Position numbers and translations under genes: made by a program. A model generated the notes under the pieces. That model was not told the origin of the DNA, ran no database searches, and was given only the letters and a program-made list of their open reading frames with translations. A stretch of DNA of 63,841 bases, counting the filler, from Octopus bimaculoides (Eukaryota), in NCBI RefSeq assembly GCF_001194135.2. It is 5 parts of 4 records of this genome, joined end to end, with 100 filler letters (N's around TTAATTAATTAA, not from the genome) between each part and the next. Parts side by side here need not be neighbours in the genome. Positions count along the whole stretch, not along the records: positions 1 to 9,162 come from NC_069004.1; positions 9,263 to 40,086 come from NC_068984.1; 3 more parts are not named here. One strand, written 5' to 3'. Shown here one piece after another: positions 1-9,782 of the stretch; the first letter of the stretch is position 1, and the number at the start of each line of letters is the position of its first letter.

Positions 1-32
1 AGTAACAAAGTCGTCCACAGAGACATTAAAAG
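1..32 (+). CDS. IRAK4: IRAK4-like kinase, partial exon (catalytic loop, SNKVVHRDIK-S); continues upstream of the window
   Basis: Frame 1 gives SNKVVHRDIK plus AG. GT donor at 33 is phase 2 and joins the exon at 384 to give HRDIKSANVLL. Confidence 0.9.
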
Positions 33-260
33 GTTTGTCTTCGTTACTTTTCGTTTGATTAATGTGCGGTGTATGTAGGTGTGTGTGTGTGATAATCAAA
101 GGTGCACACCAGGCATTTCATGTCGTTAACATTCTGAGTTCAAATTCCTCCAAAGTCAATTTTGCCTATCATCCTTTTGGGGTTGAGCACCGGGTTTGAT
201 GTTGTTGACTTATCCCCTCCCCTGAATTTGCTGGCCTTGTGCCAAAATTTGAAATCATCA

Positions 261-292
<32 letters not shown>

Positions 293-383
293 TAAGTATC
301 CACTGCTTTTCATGACATTAAATTTGTAAATCTTTGTAAATTAAAATAAAAAGATGATTTTATTGTGTTTTTTCTCATTTCAG

Positions 384-573
384 TGCAAATGTCCTTCTCG
401 ATAGAGACTTTATCCCTAAAGTTGGGGATTTTGCTACAGCCCGGCCTGGCCCTATGGGAAACAACACAACAACAGTATCAACAGCTATTGTTATGGGAAC
501 ATCAGCTTATCAAGCACCTGAAGCTCGTTTGCACGATATTTCTGCAAAATTAGATTCTTTTGGTTTCGGTGTG
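384..573 (+). CDS. IRAK4: IRAK4-like kinase exon (subdomains VIb-IX)
   Basis: TTTCAG acceptor and GTAAGT donor. Encodes ANVLLDRDFIPKVGDFATARPGPMGNNTTTVSTAIVMGTSAYQAPEARLHDISAKLDSFGFGV, collinear with IRAK4 ANILLD..KISDFGLAR..VGTTAYMAPEA..KSDIYSFGV. Confidence 0.93.
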
Positions 574-2492
574 GTAAGTAGTGATCTTTTGTCTTGTTTC
601 TTCATTGATCTCGGTGGAACTTGGAAACGTTCCAAGAACTCATCCTTAAGCTCAGGCATGGCCATGTGGTTAAGTTGTTTGTTTTCCAGCCACATGGCTC
701 TGAGTTCAATCCTACTGGCAATTATTTTGTACTATAAGCCCCTGGCTGACCAAAGCTTTATGAGTAGATTTGAAAGAAGGAAACTGAAAGAAACCCGTTG
801 TGTGTGTGTGTAAGATCATAAGATCGTGGTTTCAATTCCTGGACTGGGTGATGTGTTCTTGAGCAAAACACTTCACTTCACGTTGTTCCAGTCCACTCAG
901 CTGTAGAAATGAATTCAGCATGGAGAGGGACGGGCTCTGTTAGGCTTTCTCACTTTAGATATACTGCATGACTGCAGCACCCCAATGATCCCCAAGGGGT
1001 TAAGGGACTTGTGAATATATACAGTAGAAAACACTAGCCCATCCATGTACCATGTAGTGAGACTGAACTCAAAACCAATTGATTGGCAAGCAAACTTCTT
1101 ATTCACACAGCCTCGTCTGTGTCTATTGTAATAGCAGCTAAATATATTCTTTATTGACCCTGAACAGATAAAAGGCACAGTTGGGATTTGAACTCAAATG
1201 TAAAGAAAATCAACTAAACAATCCCTGTGAAACGTTTTCTTCAATAGTTCATAGAATCTATTTACAATTTCTTAAGTGATTCTAAATTGTATAATGTTAT
1301 AATTCGGAATTACCTCCCCTTAGATATGTCTGTTGGTGGTTTCTTTTTCTTTCTCTACCCCCTCCCGCCGCCTCCAATAGTTGTTACCTCTAAGTCTTAA
1401 TTTAATTCCCTTCTCTTATTTCTGACGAAAAAAATTGAATGAAAGTAATTCTCAGTCGTTGATTCTACCAAGAGAAAGAAATGGTAGAGCCTGTACCAGC
1501 AAAAATAATCTTGCAGTCACGTCTTTTTGTTTTCTTTATGTTCCAAGTTAAAGTTGACATTCACTTTCCTGGGTTAATAAAATGAATTTCTTTTAAGTAA
1601 TGGTACGATATAATCCCTTATGCCATCTCCGAAAACTTGTACTTTTATTCTTGTAGAGGGTTTTGTTGTTTTTTTTTACTCTTACTGTTTCTGTCTCTAT
1701 GCCTTCACCACCAACTGCATACACACATTCTATGTAAGCTGCCTTCGTAATGTCTCCATTTGGCACCCATGGCAAATAAATGCCACCACCACCATCATCT
1801 TCGGCAGTGGATTAACAGATTCGTTACTGTCTCAGACAAAATGTTTTACCGTACTTGCTTTGGCTCTCTACATTCTGAGTTCAAATCCTGCTGAGGTCAA
1901 CTTTACCTTTCATTTTCATGGTGTCAGTAAAATGAAGTATCAGACAATGTCATCTTTTAGCATCATCTCTTAACAAAATGCTCAGCCACGGCTAAATCAG
2001 AAACCATTATTATTAGTAGTAGTATTAGTATTCTATCAAGGTCGGTCAACTTTGCCTTTCGTCCTTTTGGGGTCGATTAAATAAGTGTCAGTTGGGTACT
2101 GGGGTCAGTGAAATCGACAAACTTGCTCCCATAAAATTTCAGGCCTTGTGTCTATAGTAGAAAGGATTATTATTATTATTATTATTATGGCAGTGAATTG
2201 ATAGGATTATGCAAGTGTCAGATAAAATGAATTATGGTATAATAATAATAATGGTTTCAAATTTTGCCTCAAGGACAGCAATTTTGGGAGAGGGGACTAG
2301 TCGATTACATCGATCCCAGTATTTTACTGGTACTTAATTCATCGGCCCTCAAAAGGATGAAAGGCAAACATTTCACCCAACATGCTAACGAATCGCCCCG
2401 CTTGCTGCCTTAATAACAATAATAATATTATTGTAAAAATAATAATTATTATTATTATGGCAGTGAACTGGCAGACTTGTTAGCATGCCACC

Positions 2493-2535
<43 letters not shown>

Positions 2536-2620
2536 TAATAATAATTTTTCCTGTCTTTTAGAATGTGTGGAATCGTTATTTATTTTCTTTCTTTTTAAAA
2601 TATTTTTCTATTATTTGTAG

Positions 2621-2683
2621 ATTCTTCTAGAATTATTGACCAGTTTGCCTGCCTTTGACATGAACCGAGAAGATCGAGATTTG
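2621..2683 (+). CDS. IRAK4: IRAK4-like kinase exon, 63 nt (ILLELLTSLPAFDMNREDRDL)
   Basis: TTTGTAG acceptor, GTAATT donor, phase 0/0. Matches IRAK4 [21 protein letters not shown]. Confidence 0.92.
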
Positions 2684-3301
2684 GTAATTAATATAATTTA
2701 TTTACATTTCTTGAGACCCAGTCTCTGTGACTGACAGAGAAATCTTCTCCAATCCCATCAACTCCATTTGATAGGTTGTTGCTGGTTTGCAGTAGAATAA
2801 CACTCCCAGAACATCCAGTAGTTGTTCTGTCAAAGCTAATCCATTTCTTTGAATCTGAACATCTCATTATACCCTTAAACTTTTTGATACCAAGCTGCCT
2901 AAGTCTGCCTCTAGTTTTATGATGCAAATTCCCTATTTTAAAAGGATCTAAATTAAAACCTCCCATTAAAATTTCATACTAATTTGTTTCAAATATCACT
3001 TTAACAAGGACAAAATTATCTTGCTAAATTATTTGTTTGTCTTAAGAATAGGGGGTGGTAGGAGACTACTAAGTAGCATTGATCTGTTTAACCTGTTGGA
3101 TGCCATCATTTAGCATCCATTTGTCCATGCTGGCATGGGTTGGACGGTTTGACTAGGCTGGTGAGCTGAAGGGCTGCACCAAACTCCAGCATGGTTTCTA
3201 CGGCTGGCTGCCCTTCCTAATGCCAACCACTGAAACTTTATTTCAACAGAAATATGAAAACCAAAGGTTTAAAGTAATTTAAGTTAAAACCTTCTTTAAA
3301 A

Positions 3302-3561
3302 TTACGGAGATGTACTTGCATAGCAAGTGACCTGATCTGAGATCATGTGCTAAAACAAAAACAATTGCATTGTGGAAGGTGTTTATAAGACATTTAAAAC
3401 CACACAAAAACCGTTAGATTCATTTCAACATTGAAATTTAATTTGCCAAAATATTTTCAAAAATATTTTGGCAAATTAGATTTCAATGTTGAAGTGAATC
3501 TAACGGTTTTTGTGTGTTTTTAAATGGCTTATAAACACATTCCACGCTGCAATTGTTGTTG
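3302..3561 (-). mobile_element. Palindrome-plus-tail insertion (family A, probable PLE terminal-repeat derivative) in an IRAK4 intron
   Basis: Inverted arms 3360-3457 and 3460-3557, unpaired tail 3302-3359, flanking direct repeats CCTTCTTTAAAA (3290-3301) and CCTTCTATAAAA (3562-3573). A non-palindromic copy of the same family is at ~48915-49115. Confidence 0.7.
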
Positions 3562-3914
3562 CCTTCTATAAAACTTTTATATTAATTCATGTTTCAAACA
3601 CCAGCGTAATAGTGACAGACTTATTGTACTACATTCTTTGTTATTTTCAAAATTAAATTATGCAAAGACAGTGTATGGGAACACATTGGTTAGAATGCTG
3701 TAAAATAAAATCTTCACTCAAAATTTCATGTTTATGTTCTAAACACCAAATTAATAATGACAAAATTACTTTACTGAATTCATTATTTTCGAAATTAATT
3801 GAAAGAAGGCTGAGTATCTCAACAAAAATAAGATAGAAACTTACTTTCTTACTTCAACTCTGTGTGTGTGTCTGTTCTTTTTTTGTCTGCATGTCTTGAC
3901 ATCATTGTAAAATG

Positions 3915-4115
3915 GTTGTTGCTGTCATACAGGCAGTATCAATCACACACACACACACACACACACATGATTGGCTTCATTCAGTTTCCATCAACCAAAT
4001 CCACTTGCAAGGCTTTGGTCGGCCTGGAGCCTTAAAGAAGACACTTGCTCAAGGTGCCACATAGTGGGACTGAACCCAGAACCATGCGGTTGAGATGCAA
4101 GCTTCTTACTCCACA
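3915..4115 (-). mobile_element. tRNA-headed SINE with CORE-like CCTTG(A/G)GCAAGTGTCTT segment
   Basis: Reverse complement of the SINE at 48220-48590 and 59345-59600, with an internal (CA)n tract. Confidence 0.7.
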
Positions 4116-4320
4116 ACAACATCCAAATCTCCTGGAAATAAACAACATCCCTAATCCATTCCTCTTACCTTAACCCACTCCTTATACTCTGTTCCACTCC
4201 ACTTTAATCCACTCCACTTTAATCCACTTCTCTTACAATGATCCTTCATCTGAAATTTATTCTCTCTCACTGTAATCTTCCATATTGACTTTCTGTTTGT
4301 CTTCAACACTTTTTTCCCAG

Positions 4321-4476
4321 AAATCTCATATATTAGAGAACTTTGAAGAGACAGATTTCAATGGTTGTGTTGACCAGGAAGCTGGCCGATGGTCACTTGC
4401 CTTGGTGTCCAGTATTTACCAAATAGCAATGGAATGCCTACAGGAAAGAAAGAAAAAACGAGTTACTGTTGGAGAG
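4321..4476 (+). CDS. IRAK4: IRAK4-like kinase exon (subdomains X-XI)
   Basis: TTTTTCCCAG acceptor, GTAATG donor, phase 0/0. Encodes KSHILENFEETDFNGCVDQEAGRWSLALVSSIYQIAMECLQERKKKRVTVGE, similar to IRAK4 IEDYIDKKM..MYSVASQCLHEKKNKRP. Confidence 0.92.
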
Positions 4477-4597
4477 GTAATGTCATTCAATAATGTTTAA
4501 TCTCACACACACACACACACACACACACACATCCATCAATCTATCTCTGTTTCTCTCTCTTGGTCAGTTCACATTACTCTGTAAGAAGCATAGGTCA

Positions 4598-4839
4598 AGT
4601 GTCCTGGTTTCTCTGACATATTATATACATTCCTCCCTGGATGGGATGCCAGTCTGTTGCAGGATTATTCACTTTTACCAGATGAGTGCACTGAAGCAGC
4701 ATGAGATGAAGTGATTTGCTCAAGAACACGATGCATCGCCTAGTTCAGGAATTGAAACCACAATCTTACAATCATGAATCCAACACCTTAACCACTAAGC
4801 CATGTGCCTCCACGTTTACACACACACACACGTTCTTAT

Positions 4840-4875
<36 letters not shown>

Positions 4876-5220
4876 CACACATACAACACTCATCTGCACT
4901 GCATCTACACACACACACACACTCTTACACTTAACCTCACCACACGCACACACACATATCTATGAATCTATTTCTCTCTTGTTTCGTCCACATTACCCTG
5001 TAAAGAGCATAGGGCTGGTTTCCTGGTGTATAAATGTTCCTCCTGGGACAGGATGCCAGTCTGTCATAGAATTACTCACTTTTGCCAGCTGAGTGAACTG
5101 GAGCAACATGAAATGAAGTGTTTTGCTCAAGAACACAATGCATTGCCTGGACCAGGAATTGAAACCACAATCTTACGATCATGAGTCTAACACCGTAACC
5201 ACTAGGCCATGTGCCTCCAC
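4598..5220 (-). mobile_element. Two tandem tRNA-derived SINE copies (~4598-4812 and ~5015-5220)
   Basis: Both are reverse complements of the SINE at 62777-63035 (A-box-like TGGCTTAGTGG, B-box-like GGTTTC(G/A)ATTCC, then GTGTTCTTGAGCAAA..CACTTCAT). They are separated by (CA)n/(TA)n tracts. Confidence 0.75.
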
Positions 5221-5761
5221 ATTTATACACATGCATGCACATACACACACATCTATGAATATCTCTCTTTTTCTCTTGTTTAGTCTACATGATTCTGTAA
5301 GGAGCATAGAACTGGTTTCATGGCTTCTCTGGTGTATATATATGCCTCCTTGGACGGAACATATATACACCAGCCCTAGACGGAACATATATACACCAGC
5401 CCTGGATGGAACATATACAGTAGAGGGAAATAAATATTTGTACATGTCAAAATTCTTTATTTATTTAATTTCTAAGGAACATAAATGGGATATACCAATA
5501 CTATATTTGCATACACATGCATAAACTAAGAATATGCAAAAGAAACTAATAAATTATAGTAACTAATGAATTTATATACAATTATAAATATTTAGGGGTG
5601 AAAAAAGTATTCGTACAGAATAAATTTATGAGTTTCTATGCCACAAAATACTGTTAAAATAATTTTTTTTTCTACTAGAACTTTCTCGTTTGTTCCAATA
5701 ATCTTATCAGATCCACTCACAAGGGTTTTTTTTATATTAAGTTTTATTTTATTCTTTTCAG

Positions 5762-5797
5762 ATTTTACCACGTCTTGAGAAATTGGAAAACTGCTGA
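5762..5797 (+). CDS. IRAK4: IRAK4-like kinase terminal coding exon (ILPRLEKLENC*)
   Basis: Long pyrimidine tract with TTTTCAG acceptor, phase 0, TGA at 5795-5797. Equivalent to IRAK4 VQQLLQEMTAS*. Confidence 0.8.
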   Translation: MLPRLEKLENC

Positions 5798-5798
5798 C

Positions 5799-5832
5799 AA
5801 TAAATTAACTGTGGAATTGAGGATTAAATAAA
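5799..5832 (+). promoter_or_regulatory. Candidate polyadenylation signals for the IRAK4-like gene
   Basis: AATAAA at 5799-5804 and 5827-5832, directly after the stop codon. AT-rich context makes chance occurrence likely. Confidence 0.3.
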
Positions 5833-6076
5833 CCATGGAAACAACCTGCTGAATCTCTGCTCCCAACAACCCCACCCCTATTTCACCCATCCAATCCAAC
5901 CACGACCGCTGCCACCGATAATTACTTCTGCTGCTGTTGAAATGCGTACCATAATTTAAAAAAATATATATTTCTTNNNNNNNNNNNNNNNNNNNNNNNN
6001 NNNNNNNNNNNNNNNNNNNNNNNNNNNNNNNNNNNNNNNNNNNNNNNNNNNNNNNNNNNNNNNNNNNNNNNNNNNN

Positions 6077-9000
6077 TTCGCTCGTTCGTTCATTCATTCG
6101 TTAGTTCGTACGTACGTTCGTTCGTTCGTTCTTACGTACGTACGTACATTCATTCATTCTTTCGTTTGTTCGTTCGTACGTACGTTCTTACGTACGTACG
6201 TACATTCATTCATTCTTTCGTTCGTTCGTTTGCTCGTACGTACGTACGTTCGTTCAGTCGTACGTACGTTCGTTAGTTCGTACGTTCGTTCATTCATTCA
6301 TTCATACGTATATACATATGTAAATACGTACGTTCGATCCTTCGTTCGTTGGTTCTTTCGTTCTTTCATTTCGTTGGTAAGCTCGTACATACGTACGTGC
6401 GTTTGGTCATTCTTCCAATTGTTCATTCATACTTTCGTTCGTTCGTTCGTTCGTTCATTCATTCTTTCTTTCGTTTGTTCGTACGTACGTTCGTTCGCTC
6501 GTTTGTTCTTTCGTTCGTTCGTTCATTCTTCCGTTCGTTCGTTCGTACGTATGAAAGAACGTGCGTTCGGTTGTCCTTTCGTTTGTTCGTTAATTTCTTC
6601 GTTCGATCGGTCGTTAGTTTGTTCATTCGTTCGCTCTTTTGTCTGTAGGTATGTACGTACGAACATTAATTCATTCGTTCGTAGGTACGTGCCTACGTAC
6701 ATTTGTGCTTACGTACGTACTTGCGTTTGGTCATTCTTTCAATTGTTCATTCATACTTTCGTTCGTTCTTTCGTTCATTCATTCTTTCGTTCGTTTGTTA
6801 GTACGTACGTTCGTTCGTTTGCTCGTTTCTTCTTTCTTTCGTTCGTTCGTTCATTCATTCTTTCGTTCGTTTGTTCTTCAGTTCGTTCGGTCGATCGTTC
6901 GTTCGTTCGTTCATTTGTTTGTTTCGTTCGTTCGTTCGTTCCTTCGTTAGGTTCGTATTTTCGATCGTACGTACGTTCGTTCTTTTGTTCGAACGTTTGT
7001 TCTTTTGTTCGTTCTTTCGATCGTTCGTTCGTTCTTTCGTTTGTTCGTTCGCTCGGTCGTTCATTCATTCGTTAGTTCGTACGTACGTTCGTTCCTTTGT
7101 TCGTTCGTACGTACGTTCTTACGTAGGTACGTACATTCATTCATTCGTTCGTACGTACGTTCGTTAGTTCGTACGTTCGTTCATTCATTCATTCACACGA
7201 ATATTCATATGTAAATACGTACGTTCGATCGTTCGTTCGTTGGTTCTTTCGTTCGTTCATTTCGTTGGTAAGCTCGTACATACGTACGTGCGTTTGGTCA
7301 TTCTTTCAATTGTTCATTCATACTTTCGTTCGTTCGTTCGTTCATTCTTTCGTTCGTTTGTTCGTACGTACGTTCGTTCGTTTGCTCGTTTGTTCTTTCG
7401 TTCGTTCGTTCGTTCATTCATTCTTTCGTTCGCTTGTTCGTACGTACGTTCGTTCGTTCGTTCATTTGTTTGTTTTGTTCGTTCGTTCGTTCNNNNNNNN
7501 NNNNNNNNNNNNNNNNNNNNNNNNNNNNNNNNNNNNNNNNNNNNNNNNNNNNNNNNNNNNNNNNNNNNNNNNNNNNNNNNNNNNNNNNNNNNNNNNNNNN
7601 NNNNNNNNNNNNNNNNNNNNNNNNNNNNNNNNNNNNNNNNNNNNNNNNNNNNNNNNNNNNNNNNNNNNNNNNNNNNNNNNNNNNNNNNNNNNNNNNNNNN
7701 NNNNNNNNNNNNNNNNNNNNNNNNNNNNNNNNNNNNNNNNNNNNNNNNNNNNNNNNNNNNNNNNNNNNNNNNNNNNNNNNNNNNNNNNNNNNNNNNNNNN
7801 NNNNNNNNNNNNNNNNNNNNNNNNNNNNNNNNNNNNNNNNNNNNNNNNNNNNNNNNNNNNNNNNNNNNNNNNNNNNNNNNNNNNNNNNNNNNNNNNNNNN
7901 NNNTCATATGTAAATACGTACGTTCGATCGTTCGTTCGTTGGTTCTTTCGTTCGTTCATTTCGTTGGTAAGCTCGTACATACGTACGTGCGTTTGGTCAT
8001 TCTTTCAATTGTTCATTCATACTTTCGTTCGTTTGTTCCTTCGTTAGGTTCGTATGTTCGATCGTACGTACGTTCGTTCTTTTGTTCTTTTGTTCGTTCT
8101 TTCGATCGTTCGTTCATTCTTTCGTTTGTTCGTTCGCTCGTTCGTTCATTCATTCGTTAGTTCGTACGGACTTTCGTTCGTTTGTTCGTTCGTACGTACG
8201 TACTTACGTACGTACGTACATTCATTCATTCTTTCGTTCGTTCGTTTGCTCGTACGTACGTACGTTCGTTTGTTCGTAGTACGTTCGTTAGTTCGTACTT
8301 TCGTTCATTCATTCATTCATTCATACGTATATACTTATGTAAATACTTACGTTCGATCGTTCGTTCATTCATTCGTTAGTTCGTACGGACGTTCGTTCGT
8401 TTGTTCGTTCGTACGTACGTACTTACGTACGTACGTACATTCATTCATTCTTTCGTTCGTTCGTTTGCTCGTACGTACGTACGTTCGTTCGTTCGTACGT
8501 ACGTTCGTTAGTTCGTACTTTCGTTCATTCATTCATACGTATATACTTATGTAAATACGTACGTTCGATCGTTCGTTCGTTGGTTCTTTCGTTCGTTCAT
8601 TTCGTTGGTAAGCTCGTACATACGTACGTGCGTTTGGTCATACTTGCAATTGTTCATTCATACTTTCGTTCGTTCGTTCGTTCATTCATTCTTTCGTTCG
8701 TTTGTTCGTACGTACGTTCGTTCGTTTGCTCGTTTGTTCTTTCGTTCGTTCGTTCGTTCATTAATTCATTCGTTCGTTTGCTCGTTCGCTCGTTCGTTCA
8801 TTCGTTAGTTCGTACGTACGTTTGTTCGTTCGTACGTACGTTCTTACGTACGTACGTACATTCATTCATTCTTTCGTTCGTTCGTTTGCTCGTACGTACG
8901 TACGTACGTTCGTTCATTCGTTCGTACGTACGTTCGTTAGTTCGTACGTTCGTTCATTCATTCATTTATACGTATATACATATGTAAATACGTACGTTCG

Positions 9001-9162
9001 ATCGTTCGTTCGTTGGTTCTTTCGTTCGTTCATTTCGTTGGTAAGCTCGTACATACGTACGTGCGTTTGGTCATTCTTTCAATTGTTCATTCATACTTTC
9101 GTTCGTTCGTTCGTTCATTCATTCTTTCGTTCGTTTGTTCGTACGTTCGTTCGTTTGCTCGC
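6077..9162. repeat. CpG-rich tetranucleotide satellite (TTCG/TTCA/TACG/TTTG) with higher-order units
   Basis: Continuous 4-nt words with recurring marker blocks. GCGTTTGGTCAT occurs at ~6399, 6723, 7290, 7989, 8630 and 9063. (C/T)TATGTAAATAC/CATATGTAAATAC occurs at ~6315, 7206, 7905, 8335, 8546 and 8979. Interrupted by gaps. Confidence 0.95.
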
Positions 9163-9262
9163 NNNNNNNNNNNNNNNNNNNNNNNNNNNNNNNNNNNNNN
9201 NNNNNNTTAATTAATTAANNNNNNNNNNNNNNNNNNNNNNNNNNNNNNNNNNNNNNNNNNNN
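9163..9262. other. Artificial scaffold-join spacer (44 N + TTAATTAATTAA + 44 N)
   Basis: The identical 100-bp structure occurs four times. TTAATTAATTAA puts TAA in all six frames. Confidence 0.95.
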
Positions 9263-9435
9263 ACAGATGCTGGTGTGTTTACGTCCCCGTCACTTAGCGG
9301 TTCGGCAAATGAGACCGATAGAATAAGTACAAGGCTTACAAAGAATAAGTCCTGGGGTCGATTTGCTTGACCAAAGGCGGTGCTCCAGCATGGCCGCAGT
9401 CAAATGACTGAAACAAGTAAAAGAATAAAGAATAA
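9263..9435 (+). mobile_element. 3' half of the abundant SINE (GGTTCGGCAAA..GAGACCGATAGAATAAGTAC..CAGCATGGCCGCAGTC..GAAACAAGTAAAAGA)
   Basis: Near-identical to 48417-48590 and 55613-55770. Confidence 0.8.
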
Positions 9436-9449
9436 AAAGAACATGTTTT

Positions 9450-9782
9450 ATCTTTTACTTGTGTCGGTTATTAGACAGCGGCCATGCTCGGGCACCGCCA
9501 TGAAGAATTTTTAGTCGATGATATCGCACCCTCCCATCCAATACTTAATTTTATTACACCTGGTACTTATTCTATCGGTCTAGTTTCAGCCGAACTGCTA
9601 AGTTGCGGAGACGTGAAACACCAACACCGGTTGTCAAGCAACGTTTTCTTCTACTAAATCCACTCACAAGGCATTGATCGGCCCGAGGCTATAGAAGAGG
9701 ACATGGTGCCACGCAATGGGACTGAACTCAGAACCATGTGGTTGGGTGGCAAGCTTCTTACTACACTGCTATGCCTGCGCCT
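9450..9782 (-). mobile_element. Near full-length SINE of the same family, tail-to-tail with the copy at 9263-9435
   Basis: Reverse complement of both the head (GGCGCAGGCATAGCAGTGTAGTAAGAAGCTTG..) and the tail segments. Confidence 0.75.

Noticed and set aside
574-813. C-terminal part of the 119-aa ORF 454-813
   Set aside because: Read-through past the GTAAGT donor at 574; kinase similarity resumes only at 2621.
2688-2966. 92-aa minus-strand ORF in the IRAK4 intron
   Set aside because: No recognisable domain or splice support; more like a decayed repeat.
6230-9214. Many long ORFs (RSFVRSF / NERTNE repeats)
   Set aside because: Translations of the TTCG satellite, open only because the words lack stop codons.
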